A DNA stretch of 64,000 bases from Candidatus Dadabacteria bacterium (GCA_963805855.1 CAWDVW010000002.1:448001-512000), one strand, 5' to 3'. Shown: positions 37,864-49,101, numbered from the stretch's first letter. A program made the numbers and translations. The notes: generated from the sequence alone by a model not told the origin.

Positions 37864-40800
37864 ATGCGTTCAAAAATCCTGAAGACAATTGGCATATTCT
37901 TTTTATGCTTGATTATCCTATTTATTGGCTTCCTTTTATTTACTCAAACAGATTTATTCAGAGACACTATTAAAAAAGCCGCGGAAAAGGCGGTAAGGTC
38001 CCTCACGAATCAGAAATTCACAATTGGCAGCATCGAAGGAAACCTTTTTAATAGAATTAAAGTTAACGATATTAAATTCTCAATCGAAAATGAACCGTTT
38101 TTATACATAGCGGAACTCTCGATCGATTATTCACTCCCGATAATTTTCAATCGATTTATGTCATTCGACAGGGTGCTACCCGTAAATAAAATCCAGATAA
38201 GTGGATTAGATGTGAACCTAATAAAGTACGAAGACGGCGATTGGAACTTCCAAAAGCTTGTTCCGGAAAAGGAAAAGGCGGCTGATAAAAAAGAAGTTAA
38301 AAAGGACAATCTCCAAACTAAGTGGAGCATCATTCTTTCAAACCTCATACTTCGAGACTCTAAAATAAATATTGACGAGCGGAGAAAAAGCGAAGTCACC
38401 GAGATTGACATTCCTGAATTGGAGTTCGCGGTAAAGTTATTTGGAATTACCGAACAAATTGAGCTTGACTTGAAAAAGGCAAATGTAAATGCACCCAAAC
38501 AACATATCGAACTCAAAGAACTATCCGCAAAAGCCTTATATTCGAAAGAAAAGGCAAGTATAAAAAACCTAAAGGGAATAATAAACGGAGCGAAGGTTAA
38601 TTTCGATGGAGAGGCGATAAATCTCAAGCAGCCTGAATTTACCTTTCAGGCCTCCGCCTATGGCTACAATTTCGAAAAGATAGGTGAAATAAATGCGGAG
38701 ATAGAGGGTTCCGGTAAGTATATAAGCCCTGAGAACATCGATGCCGAGATAAAAATAAATGTGCCGGAATCAAGGATTTTCGAAAGAAAGGTTCGGGGCT
38801 CTATAGAAAAAATTAAAATGAGCGGTACCAGTATTTCAATAAATAATGCAAACGTGAAAACTGAATTTGGAGAGGCGAAATTCAGTGGTAATGCTGACCT
38901 AAAAAGGTTATTGACTAAAAATGGAACGAACGACTTTGGCATCAAACTCTCTTTGCAAGATATAAACACATCCGATGTGCTCACAATATTAGACAAAAAA
39001 ATTAACAAATGGCCGGATATATTAAACAACGATCTTAGTGCAACTCTTAATACCAGTCTAGATATCGAAGGATCTTGGAAGGAGGTTGAGGACTTTAAGG
39101 TTAAAGCCACCACAGAGAGTTTCACCATTATAGGTGACAGTCTGGGTGAGATTAAAACAGAGGGAACGGTGGATATTACAAAGTCGAATGCAAAATTAGA
39201 TCTGGTTTCATCACTGACAAATATAGATATCGCAGCTGTATTGGTTCAGGAAAATCTTAAAAGCAATATATCAACGAACCTTGCAACTAAAGCGTCAATA
39301 CCCATTAAAGGGGTCTTTTTAGATAATTTTGTAGCGAGTGTAAAGGGAGAGATTCTTCCATCGAGCTTTTCAGGCTTAAGAATATCGGACGGAAAGATAG
39401 ACGCGTCATTTAGCGATAAGACATTGGATTTACAGACACTTTACTTAAACTCAGATTCCTTCACAGTTAAGACAAAAGGGGCAAAGGTAAAAGGTAAAGG
39501 CGTGGATTTGGCATATGAATTAAAGGTCAATAATCTGAATCTTGTTTCAGAATTCGTTCCCAATACTAGCTTCAAGGGCACACTAAAAGCTGAAGGAAAG
39601 GTTCAAGGAGAGATTAACAAACCAAATGTTACAGTTTCAGCAGATGTTTCAGATTTTGAGTTCGACGAAAGATATAAAGCGAAATCTATAGAAATCAGGG
39701 GTGAGGGAACTTTAGATCTTAATAACCCGAATCTTGATGGAGAGATAAATGTCAATAAAATCTCAATCAAAGACAATGTCTTTGAAAGTGTAAACCTAAT
39801 CGTAAAAAGCAAAGGAAAGGATATTTCGTCCGAACTTTCAATTATAGAAGATGAAACCCGAAATTATGAAGTTGGGTTACAACTGAAAGACCTTAAATCA
39901 AAAGATAAGAAAATAGGGATAACCAAATTAGAGTTAAATCTTGACGACAAGGTTCTAAAAAATAGGGAAGATATTTTAATTACTTTAGCACCAAAAAAAC
40001 TTATTGTAGACGAATTTAACATTCACTATAACGACAGCTCGGTTGTTGCAAATGTACTATTGGATTTTAATGGGTTAATCGACGCTGATTTAAATGTGAG
40101 TAATCTAAATCTAAATGAAATTTCGGGCATCTTGAACCTTGAACCTCCATTAACAGGTATTGCTTCCGCCAACATTGCCATGAATGGAACAGTAGATGTA
40201 CCAATTATTAAAGCAAATATTAACACTCAAAACCTCGCTTATAGTAGGTTTGAAAGCGACGACACTAACTTAGGTATCAATTACCTGGATAAAAGACTCG
40301 AGCTTAAATTTGATATTGTTAAAGACAAAAGAGAGATCTTTTCGGCAAATGGCATCATCAATACAGATCTTAATCTAAAAAACATAGTCCCTAACATTAA
40401 GAGGGGCACTCTGAACCTCAAAATCAGCTCAAACGGGGTTGACCTAAGTCCTCTCGCTGGTCTAATTGAAGAAATCAAACAAATAAGTGGACTCCTAATC
40501 GCTGATTTAAGTGTCACCGGAAGCGTTGAGCGTCCCAGTATGAATGGCCAGTTAAAGCTTGAAGATGTTGATTTAAGATTACATTCACTCAGAAATGAAT
40601 TTAAGATTGCCAGCTCAATTATTGAATTCCAAGGACAAAAGGGGTTGCTAAGGTCCGCTGAAATATTATCAGACGGAGGCAAAGGCACATTTAGCGGCGA
40701 AATCTACCTTGATACGCTATCTTATTCCATCACTGGAAACCTGGATGATCTTCTTATCAAACCGAAAGCTGTTTCTGCGAACATCGATGGAAACATAGAA

Positions 40801-41703
40801 CTCAAGGGAAGCGGAGGGAAAATTAGCATTGAAGCCGACCTAAAAATTCCTAGGGCTCGTATCATAATACCCGATGAGCCGAAAAAGAAGTTGCCAGAAA
40901 TCAAATTTGTAGATGAAGATGAGAAAGGAGAGTTTGTAATTCAAGATACAAAGGAAACAGATTTCTTTGAAGACAATGTCGCGATCAATGTTCAAGCATC
41001 CATTCCCCGGAACACTTGGATAAAGGGGAGGGGCGCAAACATCGAAATAAAAGGGACATTCGATATAAAAAAGGAATACGGTGGACATATAAAAATATTC
41101 GGTACTGCAAACACAGTTAGAGGAAGTTATAAAATTTTGGGAAAGCTATTTACAATTCGGCGAGGTACTGTGAGTTTTCGCGGACTGGATGAAATCAATC
41201 CCTTACTTGATATCCAGGCACTTTACGAGGTATCGAGTGTAAACGCATTCATTAATATCGTTGGTACTGCCAAGAAACCCGAAATAAAGTTTAGCAGTGA
41301 TCCTCCGATGCAGGAATCCGATATTTTATCTTATATCGTGTTTGGCACTTCTACAGACAAGATCGGCTCGGGTGAGCGAAACTCACTGCAGGGTATTGCA
41401 GCAGGAATTGCGGGTGGTATAGCAGTAAATAAACTCAAGGGCGTACTTGGTGAGGATTTATCGCCGGATATTTTTAGAATAGGTAGCGGAGAGGCGGGTA
41501 CCGAAGTCGAGGTAGGTAAGTATTTGACAGACAAGTTGTACGTTTCGTATCAAAGAGGTTCGCAGAGCACGACACTTGGAACCAGCGCCCTTACCACCGA
41601 TTGGGTTTTTATCGAATATGAAATTTTTGATTTTTTAACATTGGATAGTACAGTTGGAGGTGAAAATTCAGGTGCAGATCTATTTTATAATTTCAACTTC
41701 TGA
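37864..41703 (+). CDS. tamB: Translocation/assembly module TamB (AsmA-like)
   Basis: N-terminal TM anchor, long beta-rich repeats, C-terminal NPLLDI..FSSDPP..ILSYIVFG..VEVGKYL. Confidence 0.88.
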   Translation: MRSKILKTIGIFFLCLIILFIGFLLFTQTDLFRDTIKKAAEKAVRSLTNQKFTIGSIEGNLFNRIKVNDIKFSIENEPFLYIAELSIDYSLPIIFNRFMSFDRVLPVNKIQISGLDVNLIKYEDGDWNFQKLVPEKEKAADKKEVKKDNLQTKWSIILSNLILRDSKINIDERRKSEVTEIDIPELEFAVKLFGITEQIELDLKKANVNAPKQHIELKELSAKALYSKEKASIKNLKGIINGAKVNFDGEAINLKQPEFTFQASAYGYNFEKIGEINAEIEGSGKYISPENIDAEIKINVPESRIFERKVRGSIEKIKMSGTSISINNANVKTEFGEAKFSGNADLKRLLTKNGTNDFGIKLSLQDINTSDVLTILDKKINKWPDILNNDLSATLNTSLDIEGSWKEVEDFKVKATTESFTIIGDSLGEIKTEGTVDITKSNAKLDLVSSLTNIDIAAVLVQENLKSNISTNLATKASIPIKGVFLDNFVASVKGEILPSSFSGLRISDGKIDASFSDKTLDLQTLYLNSDSFTVKTKGAKVKGKGVDLAYELKVNNLNLVSEFVPNTSFKGTLKAEGKVQGEINKPNVTVSADVSDFEFDERYKAKSIEIRGEGTLDLNNPNLDGEINVNKISIKDNVFESVNLIVKSKGKDISSELSIIEDETRNYEVGLQLKDLKSKDKKIGITKLELNLDDKVLKNREDILITLAPKKLIVDEFNIHYNDSSVVANVLLDFNGLIDADLNVSNLNLNEISGILNLEPPLTGIASANIAMNGTVDVPIIKANINTQNLAYSRFESDDTNLGINYLDKRLELKFDIVKDKREIFSANGIINTDLNLKNIVPNIKRGTLNLKISSNGVDLSPLAGLIEEIKQISGLLIADLSVTGSVERPSMNGQLKLEDVDLRLHSLRNEFKIASSIIEFQGQKGLLRSAEILSDGGKGTFSGEIYLDTLSYSITGNLDDLLIKPKAVSANIDGNIELKGSGGKISIEADLKIPRARIIIPDEPKKKLPEIKFVDEDEKGEFVIQDTKETDFFEDNVAINVQASIPRNTWIKGRGANIEIKGTFDIKKEYGGHIKIFGTANTVRGSYKILGKLFTIRRGTVSFRGLDEINPLLDIQALYEVSSVNAFINIVGTAKKPEIKFSSDPPMQESDILSYIVFGTSTDKIGSGERNSLQGIAAGIAGGIAVNKLKGVLGEDLSPDIFRIGSGEAGTEVEVGKYLTDKLYVSYQRGSQSTTLGTSALTTDWVFIEYEIFDFLTLDSTVGGENSGADLFYNFNF

Positions 41704-41756
41704 CCGATAACGAATATTATAAATATTTAATTTTGGTGTGAACATAACTGTAACTA

Positions 41757-42947
41757 CTAGATACCACTTGATAATACCTTTCTAATCCCTCTGACAGCCT
41801 GCATTATCCGCTGCTCGTTTTCAACAAGGGCAAACCTCACAAATCCTTCACCATACGTTCCAAAACCGATACCTGGGGATACGGCAACCTTTGCTTGCTC
41901 AATGAGTAACTTAGAGAACTCAAGAGAGCCAATGTTTTTGAATCTCTCAGGGATCTCTCCCCATACAAACATCGTTCCCTTTGGCTGTGGAATTTCCCAT
42001 CCGGATCGACTAAGACCCTCAATGAGCTTATCCCTTCTCAACATGTATCTCTCTCTAATCTGATTAACGCAATCCTGCGGGCCATTCAGTGCCAGAATCC
42101 CGGCAATTTGAATTGGTTGAAAAATGCCATAGTCAAGATAGCTTTTAACCCTCTTTAGAGCAGATATTACTTTAGAATTTCCTACCATAAAACCAACTCG
42201 CCATCCAGGCATGCTATAGCTCTTTGAAAGCGAGTAGAATTCAACGCCTACCTCTTTTGCACCGGGCACTTGAAGAAAGCTCGGAGCCTTGTACCCATCA
42301 AAGCATATGTCAGCATAAGCAAAATCGTGAACTACAATGAATCCAAATTCCCTGGCTAGTTCTGTTACATCCTTGAAGAAACTTAGGTCGACAACACGGG
42401 TGGTTGGATTGTTGGGAAAAGATATTATCAATACCTTGGGTTTAGGCCAGACCTCTTTAACCGTTTTTTCTATAGACTCAATAAAATCCTCACCGTCTAT
42501 CAGCGGCACGCTTTGAACTTCTCCCCTTGCTATGATTACCGAATACGAATGAATCGGGTAAGACGGATTGGGGACTATCACTGTATCACCAGGCGCGATA
42601 ATAGAAAGGATTAAATGAGAAATACCCTCTTTTGAACCAATTGTTACGACTGCTTCAAACTCAGGATCGAGATCAACCCCATAGTTTCTCTTATACCAAT
42701 TACAGATAGCAAGTCTCAGTTTTGGAATACCTGCAGAAGCAGAGTACCGGTGATTTTTTGGACTCCGAGAAGCCTCAATTAGTTTGTCAACTATGTGCTT
42801 TGGGGTTGGTTGATCGGGATTGCCCATCCCCAAATCTATGATGTCTTCTCCCCTAGCCCGCGCCTTCGATTTAATATCATTTACAATCGAAAACACATAG
42901 GGGGGCAGCCTTTGAATCAAGGAAAATTCTTCAACTGTATCTTGCAT
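41757..42947 (-). CDS. alaC: Class I PLP aminotransferase (AlaC/YfdZ-like)
   Basis: [48 protein letters not shown]. Confidence 0.85.
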   Translation of the reverse strand: MQDTVEEFSLIQRLPPYVFSIVNDIKSKARARGEDIIDLGMGNPDQPTPKHIVDKLIEASRSPKNHRYSASAGIPKLRLAICNWYKRNYGVDLDPEFEAVVTIGSKEGISHLILSIIAPGDTVIVPNPSYPIHSYSVIIARGEVQSVPLIDGEDFIESIEKTVKEVWPKPKVLIISFPNNPTTRVVDLSFFKDVTELAREFGFIVVHDFAYADICFDGYKAPSFLQVPGAKEVGVEFYSLSKSYSMPGWRVGFMVGNSKVISALKRVKSYLDYGIFQPIQIAGILALNGPQDCVNQIRERYMLRRDKLIEGLSRSGWEIPQPKGTMFVWGEIPERFKNIGSLEFSKLLIEQAKVAVSPGIGFGTYGEGFVRFALVENEQRIMQAVRGIRKVLSSGI

Positions 42948-43059
42948 AAGCTCTTACCATCAATAATTTAAATAATTGAATAATCTTATTATAATCATAA
43001 ATAAACTCAAGAAATATTGAAAAAAACTATCATCTTATGTTAAATTTAAGGCCGATATT

Positions 43060-43431
43060 ATGCTAAGATTAGTCTTGCTAATTTTTCTCCTTTCTGTTCC
43101 ACTGCATTACGATAAGGGTTTTGCTCTTGAGCATTATTCAAATATTGGACTTGCATCCTGGTACGGAATAAAGTTTCAGGGGAAAAAAACAGCAAGTGGA
43201 ACGCTCTTCGATATGCACGAATTTACGGCAGCCCACAAATTCTTACCATTCGGGACAATAGTTAAAGTTGTCAATCTGCGTAACGGTAAGGAAGTCATTG
43301 TAAACATAATAGATAGAGGTCCATTCTCAAAAAAACGGATCATTGACCTTTCACATGCGGCCGCAAAATCTATCGGATTAGTAAAGAGGGGAATTGCAAA
43401 AGTGAAGATCGAAGTAATCTCTACTCCATAA
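43060..43431 (+). CDS. RlpA-like DPBB lytic transglycosylase (short, no SPOR domain)
   Basis: GLASWYG, TASG, TAAHKFLPFG, IDRGPF, IIDLS. Confidence 0.9.
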   Translation: MLRLVLLIFLLSVPLHYDKGFALEHYSNIGLASWYGIKFQGKKTASGTLFDMHEFTAAHKFLPFGTIVKVVNLRNGKEVIVNIIDRGPFSKKRIIDLSHAAAKSIGLVKRGIAKVKIEVISTP

Positions 43432-43501
43432 GTGAATATTCAAGGATACTTTAAAAAGTATCTTCAAAATCATTTTTCATTATGATACAATCCTAGCAAT
43501 T

Positions 43502-44167
43502 ATGGATAGAGGAACTGGTCTCCTCCTGCTGGCCCTTCCCCTCCTTTTTTCGTGTGCTGCATTTTCAAAAAAAAGCGCCGATTCTGCAAAAGGCATAAAA
43601 GAGCATCCAATAGGTGGCAATTCTCAGATAGGAATAGCATCATGGTATGGGATTGATGAACACGGTTTGCCAACCGCTACGGGCGAGCGATTTAGTAAGA
43701 ACGCATTGACCGCAGCTCATAAGACCCTTCCGATGGGGACAATGGTGAGAGTGACTAATTTAGAAAATGGTAGGGATGTCATTGTTAAGATTAACGATCG
43801 GGGACCCTTTATCGAAGGCCGTATGATAGACCTTTCGTATACGGCGGCAAAGTCAATCGGTTTAATAAGAAATGGAACCGCTAACGTGAAAGTAGAAGTA
43901 ATCTCGGCCCCGGGAAGGTCTAGTAATTTCTTTGATCCCAAATACACCATACAGGTAGCGTCCTTCAGCGATAAAAATAACGCTTTGATGTTGAAAGACG
44001 AATTGGCTAATCGAATTGACGAAGACGTCAGGATAGAGACTTTTTATATAGAAGGAAAACACTATTACAGGGTAAGAATCGGACATTATGATCAAAGAGT
44101 AACGGCTGAAGAACTTTCAGTTAAATTAAGGGATTATGGATTAACAGGAAAGGTCATTTTGGAGTGA
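43502..44167 (+). CDS. rlpA: Septal ring lytic transglycosylase RlpA lipoprotein (DPBB plus SPOR)
   Basis: LFSC lipobox, [36 protein letters not shown]. Confidence 0.92.
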   Translation: MDRGTGLLLLALPLLFSCAAFSKKSADSAKGIKEHPIGGNSQIGIASWYGIDEHGLPTATGERFSKNALTAAHKTLPMGTMVRVTNLENGRDVIVKINDRGPFIEGRMIDLSYTAAKSIGLIRNGTANVKVEVISAPGRSSNFFDPKYTIQVASFSDKNNALMLKDELANRIDEDVRIETFYIEGKHYYRVRIGHYDQRVTAEELSVKLRDYGLTGKVILE

Positions 44168-44344
44168 TAACCTTGAGATTACCGCTCCAACCAACCTCAG
44201 ACTTTTAGACGATTATAATATCACTTCAATCAATTAGAGAAGATAAAGCACAAACCTTTCGTGTGTGGAGAAAAATGCGAATCATGAGATGTTGTTTAAA
44301 ACCGCCTAAGAAATTCATTTGATTATCATAGCCATCGTAACTAT

Positions 44345-44372
44345 TTGACTTTTTTCTAGTGTTCTTTACTCT
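44345..44372 (+). promoter_or_regulatory. Putative sigma70 promoter of panBCD
   Basis: TTGACT, 16 nt, TACTCT. Confidence 0.45.
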
Positions 44373-44430
44373 ATAGTGTGAATTCTTACATTAGCTAAGT
44401 GCATTCTCGCACTTGAGAAGCAATTTACAA

Positions 44431-44465
44431 TCCCGCTCTGATCACCAGTGGTGACCGAGACGGAG
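44431..44465 (+). promoter_or_regulatory. pan RNA motif-like hairpin in the panB leader
   Basis: CCGCTCTGATCACC-AGT-GGTGACCGAGACGG bulged stem upstream of panBCD, like the described pan motif. Confidence 0.6.
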
Positions 44466-44535
44466 GCGCGGTTTGAAAAGAATGAAAAAAGGACGGAACA
44501 AGGTCCGTACCTGGTTCAGAGGTTTAATTACAATG

Positions 44536-44571
44536 CCAGCAAGGGGAATATTTCCCATTGCTGGTTTTTTT
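44536..44571 (+). terminator. Intrinsic terminator in the panB leader (attenuator)
   Basis: CCAGCAA..GGGAA-TAT-TTCCC..TTGCTGG followed by T7, 17 nt before the panB ATG. Confidence 0.75.
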
Positions 44572-44588
44572 ATATCTTGATCACTCAA

Positions 44589-45389
44589 ATGTCAAAAATA
44601 ACGGTTCCAATTATTGTTGAGAAGAAAAAACGTGATGAAAAATTAGTTGTATTGACCGCCTATGATGCTTCTACCGCAAACATAATCGACGAAACAGGGG
44701 TTGATATTATATTAGTAGGCGATTCTCTTGGCAATGTTATTCAGGGCCTAGGAAACACTCTCCAAGTGACGATGGATGAAATGCTTTATCATACAAAAAT
44801 TGTCGCAAGGGGGGTTAAGACTGCACATCTATGTAGCGATATGCCTTTTATGTCTTATCAAGCCTCAAAACACGATGCTGTAAGAAACGCCGGCCGAATT
44901 ATTAAAGAAGGCGGAGCAGAATCAGTAAAGATTGAATTAACGGACGCTTACGTTGAAAGCGTATATGCTATACAAAAGGCCGGTATACCTGTAATCGGCC
45001 ATATCGGACTCTGTCCACAATCGGTACTTAAAATGGGTGGCTATAAAATACAAGGAAGGGAGGAAATAGAGGCACAAGGTTTATTTGAACTTGCAAAAAA
45101 AGCGGAAGATGCTGGCGCTTTTTCGATTGTTTTGGAGAGTATCCCGCAGGGACTTGCAAAAAAAATAACAGAATCTATCAAAATTCCAACGATAGGAATT
45201 GGCGCGGGACCCTTTTGCGATGGACAGGTGCTAGTGATAAATGACATGGTTGGACTGTCACCAGAGCCGATTCCAAAATTTGTCAAAAAATACGCGAACC
45301 TGAGGCAGATTATGGCGAGGTCGGTTGAAGAGTTCAGAGACGAGGTGAGGAGTGGAGTATTTCCGAGTATGAATCACTCTTACGACTAA
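44589..45389 (+). CDS. panB: 3-methyl-2-oxobutanoate hydroxymethyltransferase
   Basis: LTAYD, ILVGDSLG, DMPFMSY, GHIGLCPQ, IGIGAG, DGQVLV; true start ATG 44589. Confidence 0.96.
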   Translation: MSKITVPIIVEKKKRDEKLVVLTAYDASTANIIDETGVDIILVGDSLGNVIQGLGNTLQVTMDEMLYHTKIVARGVKTAHLCSDMPFMSYQASKHDAVRNAGRIIKEGGAESVKIELTDAYVESVYAIQKAGIPVIGHIGLCPQSVLKMGGYKIQGREEIEAQGLFELAKKAEDAGAFSIVLESIPQGLAKKITESIKIPTIGIGAGPFCDGQVLVINDMVGLSPEPIPKFVKKYANLRQIMARSVEEFRDEVRSGVFPSMNHSYD

Positions 45390-45399
45390 TATTGGTTCG

Positions 45400-46239
45400 A
45401 TGAAAGTTTTAAGCTCCGTAAGCAAAATGCAGGAAGCAGCAAATGAGTTAAGAAAAGAGGGGAAAACTATCTCCCTAGTCCCCACGATGGGGGCTTTACA
45501 CGAAGCCCATCTACGCCTGGTAGGGGAAGCAATGAAAAGAGCGGATGTATGCGTCGTCAGCATTTTTGTAAATCCCACCCAGTTTGGCCCTAACGAAGAC
45601 TACATGAAGTATGCACGGGATTTAGACGGTGATATAAGAAAATTGGACAGATTTGGTGCCCATCTTGTCTTTGTACCCGAGACCGAAGAAATTTATCCAA
45701 AAGATTTCCAAACATTTGTGGAAGTAGAAAAACTCGACAACCATCTGTGCGGACTCCACAGAAATGGCCATTTCAGGGGTGTTGCTACCATAGTTCTTAA
45801 GCTATTTAATATCGTGAAGCCACACATCGCAATATTTGGAGAAAAGGACTATCAGCAACTAAAGGTAGTTCAAAGGATGGTAAAAGATTTAAATATTGAT
45901 CTCGACATAGTTAGCTGCCCAATTGTCAGAGACGAATCTGGTTTAGCATTAAGCTCTAGGAATTCATATCTTTCAACCGATGAGAAGAAATCGGCCACGT
46001 GTATTTTCAAAACCCTTCGTAAAATGAAAGAAGAATTTGATATGGGTTCGAACCTATCGAAAACGATAAAGCAGGCGGGTGGAAAACTTCTAAAAGAGGC
46101 TAATATTTTTGATATAGATTATGTGGAAATTTGCGATCCGGAAACGCTGGAGAGTAAGGATTTAGCCGAAAGCGGCGACTTATTAGCCATTGCGGTGAGG
46201 CTAGGTAGTACACGACTTATTGATAACATAAGGCTCTAA
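45400..46239 (+). CDS. panC: Pantoate-beta-alanine ligase
   Basis: [44 protein letters not shown]. Confidence 0.97.
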   Translation: MKVLSSVSKMQEAANELRKEGKTISLVPTMGALHEAHLRLVGEAMKRADVCVVSIFVNPTQFGPNEDYMKYARDLDGDIRKLDRFGAHLVFVPETEEIYPKDFQTFVEVEKLDNHLCGLHRNGHFRGVATIVLKLFNIVKPHIAIFGEKDYQQLKVVQRMVKDLNIDLDIVSCPIVRDESGLALSSRNSYLSTDEKKSATCIFKTLRKMKEEFDMGSNLSKTIKQAGGKLLKEANIFDIDYVEICDPETLESKDLAESGDLLAIAVRLGSTRLIDNIRL

Positions 46240-46253
46240 GGAGGAACAAGAAG

Positions 46254-46643
46254 ATGGAGAGGATACTCCTCAAATCAAAAATCCATAGGGTTACGGTAAC
46301 TGAAGCTGACGTCGAATACGAAGGAAGCATAACTATAGATAAAAACCTAATGGATGCTGCTGATTTAAATCCCTACGAAAGGGTCGATATATTTAACGTG
46401 ACCAATGGCCATAGATTTTTCACGTACGTTATCGAAGGGAAGAGGGGATCTAATGAAATATGCGTGAACGGAGCGGCTGCGCATTTAGCAAGAAAAGGCG
46501 ACTCTCTAATAATTGCAAGCTTCGCAACGTATGGTGACGAAGAATGCAGGCAACACGAGCCACGATTGGTTTACGTTGATCTCAAGAATAGGATAAAAGG
46601 GACAAAACCTGGATTACGAAAGCTGAGTGTAGCAAAGAGCTGA
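46254..46643 (+). CDS. panD: Aspartate 1-decarboxylase
   Basis: [28 protein letters not shown]. Confidence 0.97.
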   Translation: MERILLKSKIHRVTVTEADVEYEGSITIDKNLMDAADLNPYERVDIFNVTNGHRFFTYVIEGKRGSNEICVNGAAAHLARKGDSLIIASFATYGDEECRQHEPRLVYVDLKNRIKGTKPGLRKLSVAKS

Positions 46644-46910
46644 AGATCTTGTAATCCAAGACCTTGATTAAATTTTTGAAGCCTTAGAGTGAATTAAGGC
46701 TCTAAATCTTTTTGAATCTTAACTCGCTAAAACTTAACTAAACTTTTCATTAAAATAGCATAAATAAATTCACTAAGCTCGAAGATCTTGTGAAATACTA
46801 CACAGAGAACTGCCCAATTTGACACAAAAAATCAGAAAAAACATCAAATATATTGACATAACCCTTTTGGGAGGTTATAAATGTTAGCAATAAAAGGAGG
46901 AAGGACAAGG

Positions 46911-47003
46911 GTGTACCTTGATGGCTTATTTCTCTCTAACGACCTTCTAATTAAAATCATAAGGTTCGAAAAAAATCACACTAAGGATGGAAAGATTATA
47001 TGA
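46911..47003 (+). CDS. Possible 30-aa leader ORF translationally coupled to the next gene
   Basis: SD AAGGAGG 46894-900, GTG 46911, stop overlaps ATG 47000 (ATGA). Confidence 0.3.
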   Translation: MYLDGLFLSNDLLIKIIRFEKNHTKDGKII

Positions 47004-47773
47004 AAGCAGTGATACTGGCAGCGGGCAGAGGCAAAAGATTATATCCCTATACAAAATATATACCAAAGTGCCTACTCGACATCGGTGGCGAAACAATACT
47101 TGAGCACCAAATAAATCATATAAGGGATTGTGGTATCGACGAAGTAGTGATAGTGGTAGGATTCGGCTTTGAAAAAGTTGAGAATTTTCTGAGGAATTAC
47201 GATGGGTTAGGAATGAAAATAAAGACACTCTATAACCCCTTTTATCAATCTACCAATAGCCTCATTTCACTTTGGATAGCCAGGGGAGAAATGGATCATG
47301 ACATCGTTGTTATGAACGGTGACGATGTTTTTGAGATCGAGGTACTCGAACAAGCTCTTGGGGCAAGGGAGGAGAAGGTCTGTTTGCCCATCAAGGTTAA
47401 GAAAAATTATGAAGAGGAAGATATGAAGGTTCATGTGCGGGGAAAAAGAATTATCGAAATTGGGAAATCCCTAACAAATCGTTCATCCGCTGAATCGGTT
47501 GGTATTAGGGTTTTTAGAGACACCGGAGTGGAATTTCTTAAAAGAGCAATCGAAGAAGAAATGAGGATAGATGGCGCGGAAAATAAGTGGTATATTTCTG
47601 CTATACACAGACTAATTAAGAAAGGATATAAGGTAAAATCACTCGACATCAATGATTTGTTCTGGATGGATGTAGACTATCCTAGTGACCTATTTAAGGC
47701 ACGTTTCAATTCTAATAAATTTATTAAAAAACCATTTACAGAAAGGATACTAAGGGTTGTAGATTCGAATTAA
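47000..47773 (+). CDS. Phosphocholine/inositol-phosphate cytidylyltransferase family (LicC/IPCT-like)
   Basis: AVILAAGRGKRL..PKCLL, YNPFY..NSLISL, NGD, EEDMKV, WMDVDYPSD. Confidence 0.88.
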   Translation: MKAVILAAGRGKRLYPYTKYIPKCLLDIGGETILEHQINHIRDCGIDEVVIVVGFGFEKVENFLRNYDGLGMKIKTLYNPFYQSTNSLISLWIARGEMDHDIVVMNGDDVFEIEVLEQALGAREEKVCLPIKVKKNYEEEDMKVHVRGKRIIEIGKSLTNRSSAESVGIRVFRDTGVEFLKRAIEEEMRIDGAENKWYISAIHRLIKKGYKVKSLDINDLFWMDVDYPSDLFKARFNSNKFIKKPFTERILRVVDSN

Positions 47774-47778
47774 TCAAG

Positions 47779-49101
47779 ATGGACCATGCAATAGTTGTAG
47801 CAGCCGGCACTGGCTTCGATGGGGAAAAGCTAAGCCAATTTGGTCAAATAGTATATGGAGAAATATCCCAGTTTAAACGTCTCATCATTACGGCTCAAAA
47901 GGCCGGTATCAAAAGATTTTCTATTATAATTGAAAAGGACGATACATCCTTAAAAAACCTGGTGGTTAATGACAGACGGATAGACAGCGATATCGAATGG
48001 CACTCCCTGGGAACACCTGTCAGTTTTAGTTCAAATCCCTCATTGATACTGCAGTCAAATCTGGTAACTACGCCCAGTGCACTATCAGATTTTATTAGCA
48101 ATAATATAGTCAATCAAGATGAAATCTTACTCCTGATAGATCAAACTCGGGATGCATGGGTAAAATCAATAGGCGACCGTATAGAGGATCTATTCCCAAG
48201 CGGGGGTAAAGCGGTTGGAGCCTTCATGGCTTCAGGCAAACTTCTCGAAAAAGCTATAATGGACTCTATGGATCTTAGGTCCTGGTTCCAGGAGCTAATC
48301 AGTAGAGATAAAGTAAGATTCACAAACTTTTCAGATGGCTACTGGATGAGACTTACCTCGGATGAAAAATCACCCAAGATGGCAGAAGATCTATTATTTT
48401 CGCACGTCGGTAAAACAATGACCGGGTGGATATCAAAAAACATAAACAGCAAAATTTCTCTGCGCCTAAGTCGATATCTTGTTCGCACTCCGCTTTCACC
48501 AAACATGATCAGCATTTTAATTAACGTAATCGGGATGCTCTGCGGTCCGTTTTACGCCATTGGACACCCAGTATGGGGTGCCGTTTTTCTTCAGATCGCA
48601 ACTGTCCTGGACAGATGTGATGGAGAGGTGGCTCGGATAAAGCTCATGGAGACAAAGAAGGGTCAGTGGGTAGATACCGTCTCGGATCAGTTGACGATAC
48701 TTTCATTCATAATTGGCGTGACCATCGGATATTATAACATTACAAGGAGCCCTTTGGTTTTAGTTTTCGGGTTCCTGAACCTGGGGATTTTTATATTCTT
48801 TTTAATCTGGTCATTCTATTTCCTGCATAAATATACAAACTCAGGCAGTTTGGTATCATACTTCAAAGTGGATAAAATGGTAGGAAAAGAAAACACATCA
48901 ATCGTTCACAAATTGATTTTGATCATTCGTCCGATGGGCAGGAGAAATTTTTACTCTCTCGCATTTCTAGTAGCCGCTATTTTAGTAGGTTATCCTCTTG
49001 TCTTTCTGGGTCTTACAATATCCTTGATACTATTTCTGATACACCAAGTCGAAGATATTATCTTGATTAAAAGACTAAAACCTGCTACCTCAACTGATTG
49101 A
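47779..49101 (+). CDS. CDP-alcohol phosphotransferase with a degenerate N-terminal nucleotidyltransferase-like domain
   Basis: SPNMIS, DRCDGEVAR..GQWVDTVSD signature; N-terminal AIVVAAG. Confidence 0.88.
   Translation: MDHAIVVAAGTGFDGEKLSQFGQIVYGEISQFKRLIITAQKAGIKRFSIIIEKDDTSLKNLVVNDRRIDSDIEWHSLGTPVSFSSNPSLILQSNLVTTPSALSDFISNNIVNQDEILLLIDQTRDAWVKSIGDRIEDLFPSGGKAVGAFMASGKLLEKAIMDSMDLRSWFQELISRDKVRFTNFSDGYWMRLTSDEKSPKMAEDLLFSHVGKTMTGWISKNINSKISLRLSRYLVRTPLSPNMISILINVIGMLCGPFYAIGHPVWGAVFLQIATVLDRCDGEVARIKLMETKKGQWVDTVSDQLTILSFIIGVTIGYYNITRSPLVLVFGFLNLGIFIFFLIWSFYFLHKYTNSGSLVSYFKVDKMVGKENTSIVHKLILIIRPMGRRNFYSLAFLVAAILVGYPLVFLGLTISLILFLIHQVEDIILIKRLKPATSTD

Noticed and set aside
44448-44588. 47-aa N-terminal extension of PanB in the ORF track
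   Set aside because: Covers the RNA leader and terminator; PanB homology starts at ATG 44589
46642-46791. GAAGATCTTGT direct repeat flanking about 130 bp after panD
   Set aside because: Could be a target duplication, but there are no terminal inverted repeats or second copy to support an element
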